A DNA stretch of 64,000 nucleotides from the NCBI RefSeq assembly GCF_038025025.1, contig NW_027117342.1:992001-1056000 (forward strand). Reading direction: 5' to 3'. Made by a program: the position numbers and the translations under genes. Position 1 is the first letter of the stretch. Each line of letters begins with the position of its first letter. Below the pieces are notes generated by a model, which saw nothing but the letters and a program-made list of their open reading frames with translations, was not told the origin of the DNA and did not search any database. This stretch comes from Phyllosticta citribraziliensis (taxonomy: Eukaryota). This document shows, in pieces, positions 49,919 to 62,016 of the stretch.

Positions 49919-50924
49919 GGTGCGTTTGTGTGAGCGTGCGCGCGGAGCCTCTAGGGCGACGGGGAGGTGACTGATGACTTTTGGGAAGTAAAGGGACAGG
50001 TCAGTGTGCAAATTATTTTGGAGAGGGCGCTATTAGTCTTTTGGGTGTTGGATTGTAGGTGTGAGAACGTGTCCGCACAAAGAGAGCGAGGGCGCAAGAA
50101 TAATGAAGTTACTGATGTGCACAACAAAGGAGACTTGATCGAAGCTGCCGTTTGCGGAAACCTGCAAACCATCCTCGACAATGAAGGCGCAGTGCTTGTC
50201 AAAAGAAATTCGCAACTTTCGGTACTGCGCGGACTCGAAGATATAAGCACAGCAGCGAGAGGTGCGCAGTACATGTAGGGGAGCATCCGACTAAGGTTCC
50301 GAAGTCAGCAAAAAATCGTGAGAGGGAGCAATCAAGCTGTACATCGCAGGACAGCACTTGTGTGTTTGCCACACCTTTTGCTATCCAGCATCAGATCCTT
50401 CTCTCAGCACCACGCGTTGCACTCGGGTAGCTGTCATTCACTACTACAGCCTCGCATAGGAAGCTTTCTCTAGCACCACAGGCTGCGCTCAAGGAGCCGC
50501 AGTTCAACGCTGTCGTTGAATCTGAGGAGTCTGCTTCTTATCCCCACTTTGGGATCAAATAAAAGCAGTTCAAAGCCGCCGACTCTCAAGTGAACTAGTA
50601 CAAGGAAAATTGCTTCATTAATGAAACGCAAAGTCTGTAGCTAAAGGGAGTTTTGAACGCTAGGAGCAATAGCCATCTACCGGTACTAAGTGTCCTTAAT
50701 GAGAAGAAGCATCCGTGACCAGCTCAACAGACGTGCTTCGAGCAAAGGGGAATCGACATTAAGCTTGATCAACACATCAACGCCGTAGTGTGAACAATTT
50801 CATGTCTCTTTTAGTCCTGCAGTGCAACCGGAAAATCGGAAAGCAAACGTAATATGGCGAGCCGCGGTGCCATTGTAGCAAATAGAGCCCTTGGGCATGG
50901 TAAGTTTGTGAATGTTGGGTGATA

Positions 50925-52833
50925 TCAGAGGCTGGCCGAACGTTGTCGGCGACGGTTTTTGAGCATGTCGGAATACTCGGGCAGATCGGAGTCGTTATCA
51001 GACAAATTGTCGCCCTCATTTTCGCCTTCATGATTAGGGGGGATGTTGTAAGGGACGTTCTGGATGTTGTATGCGAGCGACTGCGAGGGGGTCAAGTGCG
51101 TGTCTCGAATAGTGGGGGATCGACGAATGGGAAGTTCCTTCGTGAGCTGCTGCGGAGAGACAAAAGCGGTCGAATCGACGGGCCTAGGATAGGAAGATGC
51201 GGGCATCGTCCCATCGCTTGAGCTATTGATGGCCGTGAACCCACCGGGCATGTTTCCGATCTGTCGTGGCGTGGGGCGTGCATCCTGTGCGACGATCTTG
51301 CTATTGAGGACCTCGTAAACATATTCCTCAATGTGGATAGGGCCATCGTCCATGTCCTGACTGTCCAAGTCCAAATGATCTGTGTTCCTCGGGGAGTTGT
51401 AGTTCGCATCCTCCATGTTCACATCCTCATTGTTGTTTCGGGCAGGGGTTGACGCAGTAGCTTCCGCGGGCACATGGTTATTCCTTGGAGGAATAGCTTC
51501 CTCAGGGTTGAAGTCATCCGCAGGTTGGGAAATGCCCCTTGTGACAGTGGTCTCCTCAGGCTCGACATTGCTGGTGTGACTATTCTCCCTGGGCAGACTT
51601 GCGACGAAATTCTCTTTCTCGAAATCGTTCTCTCTCGGCAGAGGGAAGTTCGGTCTGGATTCAAGAACATGTGCCTGCATTCGCTCACTGTCCTGATGGA
51701 TCTGGAGTTCCGGACGACCCTTCCTCTTCAGTTGTGAGACAAGGAAAGCTCTTGCTGGCTTCAACTCCTCGGTGATTCGGATGACAGCATCGATTCTCTC
51801 CACAGTCTCTTCGATGGTGAGATTCGTCGGAGTTCCTGGAGCAGAGCCCGGGACCAAAGTCTCATCAGTCTCAGGCGTGGTATCTCCTGGTCGATTCGCA
51901 GTCGGTCGCTTAGATGTCTTCTTGCTTCGGTTGACAGTTTTGCGTTTCTTCGCGCGTGGCGGCTCTGTCTCATCTTCGTTGTCCTTGGCACTGTCAACAG
52001 CGCCAAGGTCCACCAAGTCGTCTATTGGGTGCACATCATCCAGGTAGGCAGCGTTGCTGACCGATCTCCGCCTGGATCTACGAACTGGATTTGAGCGACC
52101 TCTGCCATTGGCATTTCCCGCTGCATCGTTGTTAGAGAGACAAGTTGAGATTCGGATGAAAGTGAAGTGGCTGTCAGAAGAAATCAACATACCAGCATTG
52201 CCACCATACGAGCTGGAACTTCGCCTTCGGCGGTTCTTGCGAGATTCTTGACTGATGTCATCGTCGTCGCTATCTTCCTCGCCGCTGCTGATCGCAATCG
52301 TCTCCACGAGGCCGCTCCTAGCCGCTAGCTTGGGGCGAGTGACAACATCCATGGGATGATATTTGGAGTTGTAGATCGGCTTCGGCTTCTTGGCTGTAGA
52401 TGTGCTGGTGCGAGCCCGTGTCTTGCGCGAAAATGTCGCTGGTGCTGTACTGGGTACGTCCCAGTTCTGGGAAAGACCGCCGATGATGTCCTGCGAGGGG
52501 TGCAAGCCACTCAAGAGCCTTGATCGTTTGTTTCTTGGAGGAAGGGACGATATCTGAGCGCGTTACAGGTGAGCGGCGCGAGAAGTGGAATGGATTCTGA
52601 ATTCTGAAGGGACAGCATACCGGCGGCCTGTCCGGCTCCTCATTCTCCGGCGTTGAATCTTCCTCCTGGCGAGGGCGCCTCTGCAGAAATTGTCAGCAGT
52701 GGAAGATTGGGAGAGATGATTGAGGACTTGCTCGACTGGTGCCCGTGGCTTGGGGTTTCTGAGGAGGGGGCATCGCTGGGGACGCGGTCTGCGACGGAGA
52801 CGGCGACTCCGAATCACTCAAAGCTGGCGGCAT
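50925..52833 (-). CDS. Uncharacterised, largely disordered, probably nuclear protein, 4 exons
   Basis: MPPALSDSES start; GC-AG intron 52681-52731; GT-AG introns near 52554-52620 and 52121-52192; motif YNSKYHPMDVVTRP; basic NLS-like PRAKKRK. Confidence 0.75.
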
Positions 52834-53673
52834 GATGCATGAGATGGGTGAGAGCCACCGCGCGATGATGGGTTGAGGATGGAGGTGAAGGATCGAGGGT
52901 GGGGTTCGTGGAGAAGGTCAGGAGGAACAGATGAAAAGCTTCGCGAGGTCTACAACGGGGGAAGTCGCGAGGACGCGCCTTCCCTCAACCACCAGCTTAA
53001 CCAGCACACCCCCGGAACGATTGGCTACCTTACCTTAAAGGCCTGAGCAGCCTGAGCAATTGCAATGACGCCCTCAGCTGCTTCCGGGCTCGCATGCACC
53101 TCACTTACATGTAGGTGTTGACTTGACCATCGAAGTTCTTTCTACAACCCCAAAGCATAGACAGCTTCGTGTAGGATGCACGCATGCTCGTCATAATCGG
53201 ACTTCGGCCGGGACAGGTAGGTACCTCTCAATGCAAATTCGAGAAAAGAGGCAGCAAGGGAACTGAAAGGAACCAGGAGAGCCTCGTGCTTATCATAGCC
53301 TTGGAGCGTGACGCGGTGGACACTCGAGATCATCTTTTGCCTACATTGTAGAGTAGTAGAAGCCCAAATGATCCAACGGTTAATAATGATTGGAGAATGG
53401 TTACCAAAACGGTGCCTCGACTCACTTCGACTTTTGCCTACTCAACGACTTTCCTCCTCATCAGTCTCGCTCTCCCACAACTCTTGAATCCTGGGGTTTC
53501 CTATAATCCACCGGCCCACTTCAGTACATTTCCATTTTCCACAACGCCGAAGCCCCATACAGAACCAAACACCAAAAAGCCAGACGCCATAAAATCAAGG
53601 ATATAGTGCGAGAAAAAGCAGATTTTCCGCTCAAACGCTGGAGTTTTTGAAAGCGAGAGGGCCGACGCAGGGC

Positions 53674-54681
53674 CTAACACCTCTGCGAGGTCATGCGCAA
53701 TCCCCGCGGCGGCAGCACGGGCATTGTGAACTCGTCGTCGTCCGAAACGCCATCGTCCACCTCAATGTGGTCGATCTTCATTGTGCCGCTGATGGGCGTC
53801 GGAAGGAGCTTGGCGTCCGTGTCGATGCTGGAGTGGCTGATCAGAGACTGCCGCGGATGCTCGACGGGCTCCCGCTGTCTGACCTGTTCAGCAGCAGCTT
53901 TTGCGGCCTTTACCTCTTGCTTCTCGATTTCATGCTCGCAGAGCGTCATGACGTCCTGGAAGCTCTTCCGGGCGCCCTCGAGCTCGACTCGGCAGTCGCC
54001 CTCGCGGAGAGATTGATGTGCGCCACGCTCGCACAGACTTTGCGCATTTTCCAGCGCCTTGTCTGCTTGATCGAAGGCGTCAGATCCGCCATCGCCGTTG
54101 GGCTTGCCTGCTCCCATGCTGCGCGTCGTGCGGAAGCCGCCCATGCCCGCTCGGGGTCTGAATTGAAGCCTCGCCAGAATTGGATCGGAGCCTTCACTGT
54201 CGTCGTCTTCAGCATCAGGGCTTTCTGCCGTCATTGCCTCCATTCTCGCGGCCATTTTGCCTTTTCGCAGCATGTTCCTCCCGGTGCCGATATTCCTGAC
54301 CAAGTTCTCAAAGGCCTTTTGGACTTCGCTGTCGTAGTAGACGACGATCATGCTCCTTGTTCGGTATTTGGTCGGGCCAGATGCTTTCGAAATGACCGAG
54401 GCAGTCTTGCGTTTGCGGCTGGCGAGGCGTTGCGCCTGGTTGGGGATTTGGCTCTGCGGATTGTGCTCCTCCGCTTCGCCCGTCTCTTGATCGAGGACAT
54501 TTTCTTTCCCCGGTCTGAGTGACTCGGTCGATCCCGTCTTCCTGACGACTTTCTGGGTGACGGGTACTTTTGCAATCTCGTCTTGCTTTTCCTCGATCTT
54601 GTGTCCCACTCGCTTGAGCTCCTCGACCCAAGCGGGGATATTGTCCCGCAAGAAAGTGAAACACTTTTCAGAGTCGGACAT
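53674..54681 (-). CDS. Conserved fungal hypothetical protein
   Basis: Single exon with coding-like codon usage; blocks IPAWVEEL, KYRTRSMIVVYYDSEVQKAFENLVRNIGTGRNMLRKGKMAARM and LCERGAHQSLREGDC. Confidence 0.85.
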   Translation of the reverse strand: MSDSEKCFTFLRDNIPAWVEELKRVGHKIEEKQDEIAKVPVTQKVVRKTGSTESLRPGKENVLDQETGEAEEHNPQSQIPNQAQRLASRKRKTASVISKASGPTKYRTRSMIVVYYDSEVQKAFENLVRNIGTGRNMLRKGKMAARMEAMTAESPDAEDDDSEGSDPILARLQFRPRAGMGGFRTTRSMGAGKPNGDGGSDAFDQADKALENAQSLCERGAHQSLREGDCRVELEGARKSFQDVMTLCEHEIEKQEVKAAKAAAEQVRQREPVEHPRQSLISHSSIDTDAKLLPTPISGTMKIDHIEVDDGVSDDDEFTMPVLPPRGLRMTSQRC

Positions 54682-56760
54682 GTCCTGGTGTCGAATCGTG
54701 ATTTGGGTGCAATGAGAGCGAGGGCCAGTTGAAGGAGCCACCCAGGATCGGCGCGGGCTCCTGCGGAAGCCAAGCAGGCGAGGGAGGAGGGAAGTGAAAT
54801 TGAGGGAGGTTGTCGCAAACAGGGACGGAATTGTGGGAGATGGTGGTATGCGGTGGGATCGAGGCGTCGAAAGGAGTGTAGGACGGTCGTGGGAGGAGAG
54901 GTTGAGCAGGAGAGAGAAGTGCGGCGAAGCGGAGCGTTCTTGAGAAGCTCAGGATAGGTGTGCAGGCCGTCGGAGTCTTGAACGCGAGCGGGCAGGGTGC
55001 GGAGCGGGAGCTCGGCCTAGGGCCCGTCAGCGATCTGCCCGTGGCCGGGGTAAGGCGGCACAGGTTGCGCAATGGCCAGAGGTGGCCGTACAAGCAAGTG
55101 GTTTGGTATTTGGTATTGTAGGAAGGCTTCTTCTGTGTTGTATGAATGCGTCTGGAGAACATAAGGAAATGGGAGTGGAGGACAGGACAGGGCAGGACAG
55201 GGCAGCACGAGGGAGAGGGGGAGAGACGAGACGGGAGCGGCCGAGCGAGCCCGTGGAGAGGACAACGAACGAGCGGTGGAGCGACGCCCAGCACAGCACA
55301 CCAGCAGCCTCAAAAGACCAATCCAGCTTGTCAGTGTACGAGCAGCGACATTAATCGGCCGACATGCACGTCGACTGACTGACTGACTGACAGGACGCAC
55401 CTTGCCTCGCCTGATATTTGTCACCCACAGCATGCGTCCATTCTCTTCTGCTGCCCAGGCGGGAGAACCGCTGCAGCGGCTGACGCTACGCACTCAGTCT
55501 GGGCAGTCTGGACCAGGGAGTCTCGTGCCTTGTGCATGCACCTACAGCATCAAACGCCCTTTTGAGGTCATTCTCATGCACGCCAGCGCTGGGAGACGGC
55601 CGCGCGTGGGATGAACAGGCCAGGCCATGACGGGTTTCATCCTGTCGAGCCTGTCCCTCGCAACCCTAGAACACCACAACACAAACAGCCAGATCAACGG
55701 CCGTGCTCGACCATCGCCGTCCGAAACGGTCGCCCAGCTCTGCCGCACGCGACGTCCAACGCCGCAGCTCGCCAGTCTGGGTGCTGCATCGAGTTAGCAT
55801 TGGCCACTCCTGTTGCCGACTCCAACGCCTCCCGCACCGTTTCGGTACACCCGCAGCATGCGTCTTCCGTCTCGCAGCCTGCCCGGAGCATCTGGCCCTG
55901 GGAAAAAGCAAAGAAAACGAAAAGGAATCACGGTGCGCGCGACATCAGGCAGCTTGTGTCTTCGTCGTCCCTGTCGTCGTCTCGCCTGCGTCATTTCTGC
56001 TTGCTCCACTCACTCCCTTCACCCCCACCAGCGTGCGCCGCGCGCAGCAAACCACGCAATAACAATCGACCCAGCAGCTCGCTCCAATTCAATGCGCGCA
56101 CCTATGCGCGTGTGACTGTCAAATTTCGTGTCAACATACTCCTTGTGGCGTCTCCGCCGTGGCTGCATCGCCAATCCAGGTTCGAGCAATCTTTTTCTTC
56201 AAGCGCGACGCGCTGCGACGTATGCATGTCGTCGGCGACCAGACCGGATGCCTACACAACACCCCCTCCTTTTTCCAGAGATACATGTATATGACGCCGA
56301 ATGCGCATCCGTCGCACACGTTTCCCTTTATCCCCCTACCACAACGTGCTTTTTCCTGTCCGACGCCTGTCCAGCTGTCCTGCGCCATATTCTCTTGACG
56401 TGAACACACGACCGCAGTTTCGGCGAGTTGGGACTCCCTGCTACCATCTCGCTGCGAGTCTGAGTACTCCTTACTCGAGCGTACGGGCGCCTAGATGCTC
56501 TACCACTTCCGAAGTCTGAAATCTCTTGATCAACGCTTTGAAGCTGTTGGAGGATCCTTACCCATGTTTCCTGCCTGTGCCACGATATTTTGCACAAGCC
56601 TCGATCTTCCAGACTGCAGGCCCGTTCACGTGCCTTGCAAGCGCTCGCCCATCAATGATCGGCAGACATCCGTCAGTGCCTCAGAAGGTTGTACGGAATG
56701 TATTTCTCTGCCCAATGTAGCTCATCTTACAACCCAAACCCCCCTGTGCCATTCATCCGT

Positions 56761-57935
56761 TCAGGGCCAGAGCTCTTGCGTCTTCCACTCGCTCGTATCC
56801 TTGACGAAGGTATACAAGTGGCGTCGAGCCTTCTGCGGATCGCTCAAGTCGATTTGCTCCACTTGCTCCGGCTTGATCACCACAACTCTGAAATGCTTCC
56901 GCGCGACTGCGTCGTTTACATCCTCCACCGGTCTCCCCAATTTGAGGTGCTCGTCGTCATAGGGCTGGTTGACGGGCTGTCCGGGTGGCGGACCGCTGAA
57001 GGAACCTATACGACGCGAGGGCGGTCAGTGACGTGCTACAAGCTGCCGACGAGATGTGACACCAAGCGGAGATGGGGCAAAATCCTGGGTTGAATCTCCA
57101 AAGCCTAGCCGGAGCATGGGGGATTTCTGGTAGGTGTCCTCTGCCTTGCATCCTGTCGGCCGAGGAAGATGGTTCGAAAAAGCTCCGAGCCCATGGCTGC
57201 GGGATCGTCCTCCCTGCGTTCAAAATCCACCTCTTTGACATCCCAAAACAGGAATATCAACGGGTGGCCTTGTACAGTTTACAGAAGCTGTGCAGCCACT
57301 TGCGGCAACCAACATTATAGCAAAAGCGAGATTCGTAACTCACCTCTCATGCCAGGCGACAGGTTGCCAAAGTGCGCCGTCACCTCCTTTGCCCAGCTCC
57401 AGTCCTTCTCTTGCCCCGGCTTGGCCACCCTCATTCTGTCACCCACCTCGCTCTTCACTGTACGCACTCCTGAACTCTCTTCTCCGTCTCCTTCAATGTC
57501 AGGGCCGACCACAAACGCCTCGCCCTTGAGTCTCCACTGTATCATTGTGTCCTTGACCCACCAGACGGCCTCGACAGGCCCGCCTCCTCCACTACCCTGC
57601 CACTGCTCTTCATCGCTCGCGTGACCGCTGCTCGACTTGAAGATTTGCGGAATCTTGAGCATGCGCACGTCCGTCGTAAAAGTAGGCAAGTCGCTCTCGT
57701 AGACACGCTCATTCTGCGGTGCCGGGTTTCGCTTGTTTTCGGGCAGCTCTGCCCAGAAGCCGCGGAAGATGCAGTACCGTGCGCGTGGAAGGTATGGGAC
57801 GGGAGATCCCTTCGGCGCCGTCTCGAGTGTCGACAGCACAAACTCGGGCGAGTCCATTCGCGAGATGTGGTCATGGAAGGCTGACCTCCACGGTGCGGGA
57901 CTCTGTCCTGCTCCTCTGCCGGCGGTGCTCGACAT
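56761..57935 (-). CDS. Pyridoxamine-5'-phosphate-oxidase-like FMN-binding protein (Alr4036 family), 2 exons
   Basis: APWRSAF, PRARYCIFRGFW, TFTTDVRMLK, GPVEAVWW...QWRLKG, LSPGMRGSF.GPPPG, ARKHFRVVVIKP, ELWP*; intron 57006-57343. Confidence 0.9.
57052..57270 (-). ncRNA. Putative intronic H/ACA-like structured RNA
   Basis: Successive hairpins, an ANANNA box (ACAGGA, 57151-57156), and a GACACC/GGUGUC stem immediately followed by ACA (57055-57057), within an unusually long intron. Confidence 0.5.
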
Positions 57936-58721
57936 GGTGCGCAGGATCGAATGCAGTCGTGAGGAGGTGCGTGGGGAAGCTATGGTTGCGAGCTGAGGAA
58001 GCAATCGAGTTAATTGAAGGTGAGAGAGGGACTGATGGTGGAGAGCAGACAACGCGCTGTTCAGATGGTTGAAAATGGTGGAGTGACTTTCACGTCGTGG
58101 TGATTGATGACGAAATCCTTATCGATACGATTCCGAATCAGGCAATGAGCTAGGTCATCGATGGTTCCAAGGGAACATTGATCTGCAGATCTGCTAGACG
58201 CCTGAGTGCCTCTCTTTCCATCATCTTATGACACTTGACGACTGTCTAACCTTTCCGATTGGGAGGCGTTTTGTTGTCCTAGTCTACTTCGGCGGATTGA
58301 AGCATTTGGATTCTGCCATCGCCCTGGGCTCATAGCAGAGGTTCTTGTTTTTATCTAAGTCTATCTACCGAGTAGCTGACTATGACTGAATTGTCATGGA
58401 AGATATGTGGAGCTTTCACAGGCCGTCCTCTGGCTTGGCCCTGTTTTTGTTCCTTTGACGGCCTGGCAAAGCTTGCGGACGAGCAGCGTACTGATGACTG
58501 TTTGGAAGCCAAATTTGGCGTGCCAGGAGCGGAGTCGACTTTGGTCGAGATCTTTCCATGACAGGGACAAAAACGTCATCAATTCCGGATAAGGTCGCGG
58601 TCATGCTTCTGGCAACCCCTTGAGGCTTCCCCAAGTAGTTTCGACTCTGATGCAGATGTAGAGCAGCCAGCGAGCAGAAGACAAAGCCAACAGGCAGCAC
58701 ATGTGTTTCGTAAGGTTCAAT

Positions 58722-59995
58722 TCAACCCTTTCGAACCACGTTGATGCCGCTGTCTTTGTCCTTGATAGCGTCTTTGCCCAAGGCCTCCATCTCCTCCAGG
58801 CTCATGTCTTCGAACGCCTTGTGAGGTGGCTTCTCATCATCTTCCTTTCTCACGACTTGCGGACCAGTCTGTGGTCGCTGATCCTCTGCCTCCTTCTTCC
58901 ATTGTGCCCGTTCCAGTTCATCAAACTCATCTCGTCTCTCAAGCCACCGTTCTTGAACATCTCTTGGCTCCATCATGCCCACTCCTTCGCGCATGGCAAC
59001 TTGCCACACCGTATCATTGACACCCTCGGAGGCGCCGAAGGCGTAGCCACCAGCCCTGTCTATTGCACGCAGTAGCGCCATCATAGACTGCTTGTCCTCG
59101 ACCGCAAGTGTGTGAAAGGCGAGGAGACCGAAAGAATCAATCATTTCGCAAATCGCATGGTTCAGGGCGGAAAACTTGGACTTTGGCTTCAATGGCTCAA
59201 GGTCGTCGGCATCGGCGAGATCTTCGTCCCCGTCATCATCCCTATGCTTGGCCGGGGCTTTTCCACCAAATCTCGCTCCTTGCTCAGCTTCCAAGTGTGG
59301 GATCAAGTAGTCCAAAGTCTGTACTTCTGTGTAGAAATCTAGGTTGAATGGCAGGTCTGGATAATTGCGGAGGTTATCGATTTTGGTGAGGACGTTGATG
59401 TGCGGGAGGTCCATCTGGAGCATTCCACGCAATGCGAGGAGTAGCGCCGAGACATAGAGTGAAGGTTGAGATATTACGAAGGAGTCTGTGAGTTGTATGA
59501 CCACTAACTGCAGATTGTTTAGTAAAGACCCTGGCAAGTAATGGAGGACAACAAACCCTGTATCCCAATTTTTCCAAGCGAAAAAAGATGTGTCGAAGTG
59601 ATGTGTGATGTGTAAAAAGCTCCACTTGACCGGGGCAATCGAAAAGGACGTAGTCATCTGGGGCAGAGTCAGCTCTGAATCAGAGACGCGAAAGCGGGCT
59701 GCTCACCTCCGAGTTCCTTCAGGCCTTGTTCAAGCCATTCCAAGTTGTGTTCTAATTCTTCCATGGCATAAATCATGCCTCCGTTAGGACCAAGCTCCTC
59801 AGCTTCCATCACCTCCTCAACCGTCACCAAGTCGCGAACGTCAAGCGCAGCCGGGTAGGTCGTCTGGTCGTTGGCGGGGTCGAGATTGACGACTGAGCAT
59901 TTCCTGCCGATTGCAGACATGAACTGGTGCATGCCATTGCAGTAAGTAGACTTTCCTGCACCAGGCGACCCAATCACGAGCTGAGCGAAAGGCAT
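58722..59995 (-). CDS. GPN2: GPN-loop GTPase 2, 3 exons
   Basis: MPFAQLVIGSPGAGKSTYCNGMHQF, VVNLDPAND, LGPNGG, FDCPGQVELFTHH, PHINVLTKID, DFYTEVQ. Confidence 0.93.
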
Positions 59996-60202
59996 CTTGT
60001 GTTGTGATGGCGAGAAACGAGAGAAATTGGGCCGTCGAAGCCGCGCGAATCCACGACATAGACCCTGCGCCGATCATGACGCTGCGCGTCGCTTTTCTGC
60101 CGTCTGTGACCGCCCTGTCGCTGTCAACACCCGACCACGGCAGCCAGATGCACCCACCTTTTGATCTTCCATCAACTATCTCCCTGAGGGCCAAGCTCCA
60201 AA

Positions 60203-61360
60203 ATGTCCACAAACGCAGGCTCTAGTATGTCCATTCTTCCTACGATGAGGTCTCAGCTAACCCTTGCCCAGGCCAATTCGAGATTGCCGAATCTCCAAGC
60301 GACGCCATTTCCTCCCTCACGTTTGCGCCGGGCGATTCCACGCGCCTATTGGTCTCTTCCTGGGACAAAAATGTCTACCTCTACGATACACACTCGCAAC
60401 CCGGTGGCGAGCTCCTGCGCAAGATTGAGTACCGCGCGCCTGTCCTAGAAGCATGCTTTGGCAAGGATCACACAGAGGCCTTTTCGGCAGGCCTAGACTG
60501 GGACGTGAACAGGTGGGCAGGTCCTCCTAGAGTTCCAAATATTGAAAGCTGACTGGTAGCGGTACAGGATTGACCTCGAGACAGGCGAAAAAACTGTTCT
60601 CAGCTCTCACGAGGCAGGTGTCAAGTCCGTCGTCTACAGCCCCGAACACACCCTTCTCATATCTGCTTCTTGGGATTCCACATTACACATCCACTTCCCA
60701 GAAGATACCAACCAGCCACCGGCTATAATTCAGCTCCCCAGCAAACCTTTCTCGCTTTCCATCACCGCCACAAAGCTCGTTGTCGCCATGGCCTCTCGCA
60801 ACGTCCATATATATGACTTGAAGTCATTGCAGATGCTCGCTTCCGAAATCACTGAAACCACTACTCTCAGCCCAGAGCCCTGGCAGCGCCGGGAGAGCTC
60901 GCTCAGATTCATGATAAGAGCCGTGGCCTGCATGCCAAATGACGCTGGCTATGCTACGAGCAGCATCGAAGGGCGTGTGGCTGTGGAATGGTTTGACCCA
61001 AGCCAGGAATCACAGACGAGAAAGTACGCATTCAAGTGCCATCGCCAACAAATCAACGATGTCGATACAGTCTACCCGGTCAACGCGCTCGCATTCCATC
61101 CAGTTCATGGCACTTTTGCTTCCGGAGGAGGCGACGGCGTCGTTGCTCTGTGGGACGGTGTTGCCAAGCGAAGAATCCGCCAATATCAGCGGTATCCTGC
61201 CAGCGTGGCTGCACTGTCATTCTCATCCAATGGCAAGCACCTCGCCGTCGGCATTAGTCCTGGATTCGAGGATGGCCAGGAGGACGTCGCGGAGGGTCTT
61301 GTCAAGGTATTCATTCGCGAGCTGGGCGACTCCGAGGCGAAGGGCAAAGGCGCAAAATAA
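60203..61360 (+). CDS. BUB3: Spindle checkpoint WD40 protein Bub3, 3 exons
   Basis: PSDAISSLTFAP...LLVSSWDK, QRRESSLRFMIRAV, SSIEGRVAVEWFDP, KYAFKCHR, YPVNALAFHPVHGTFASGGGDG. Confidence 0.95.
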
Positions 61361-62016
61361 AACTTTCTTCTGGAGTATGGAGTCGGTGCTGGCATACCCT
61401 TCTGGCCAGAAGAATGGCATCCATCGATCATCAAATGATTTTGACACAACACTACACCAATGCTCTGAACATGCTTTTAAAAAATGTGGTATGTTTTCTA
61501 CGTGATGGACAGATCTTGGACACGATCAATGCACGTCAGAAAATCTGTCTCACAATTCGCAAGAAGCGGGCTGAGTTCTCCAAAACTTTACTGCCTCAGT
61601 GCCCGTGCATAGACAGGACACTGCGGTGACGCGCCATTTTAGGTTCACGGGAGGGTTCTTCCGAAACCTACTCACCACCACATCCAACTTGTCAACCTAC
61701 ATGTAGTTGATTATGCTCTGAGCGTATTCCTGAATGTAAGCGCACTGGCGAATAGCATTGCCTGTTGCAGACTACATGCAAATGATCCTAGTGAATATGG
61801 TAATAACTTCTTTCTTGTGAGAACCGAAAAAATCAAACAGCAAAAGTGCAAAGTGAAGGCGCTCTGGTTGGCGGTTTGCGTGGTTTGGACAGGCGAGGAA
61901 GGTATATCCGAGGCTCGGATGTGGCTCTCGCTTAAACCTGCCTCTTCTCGTTCGCGCTCAATCAGGTGCCGCCCGCAACAACCATCGCGAACTCCAACAA
62001 CCACCAGTCAACAATC

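Noticed and set aside
61690..61800. U3-like AGGATCATTT (minus strand) and CTACATGTAG palindrome
   Set aside because: The rest of U3 box A and boxes B/C/D are absent; TACATGTA recurs in several noncoding spots in this window.
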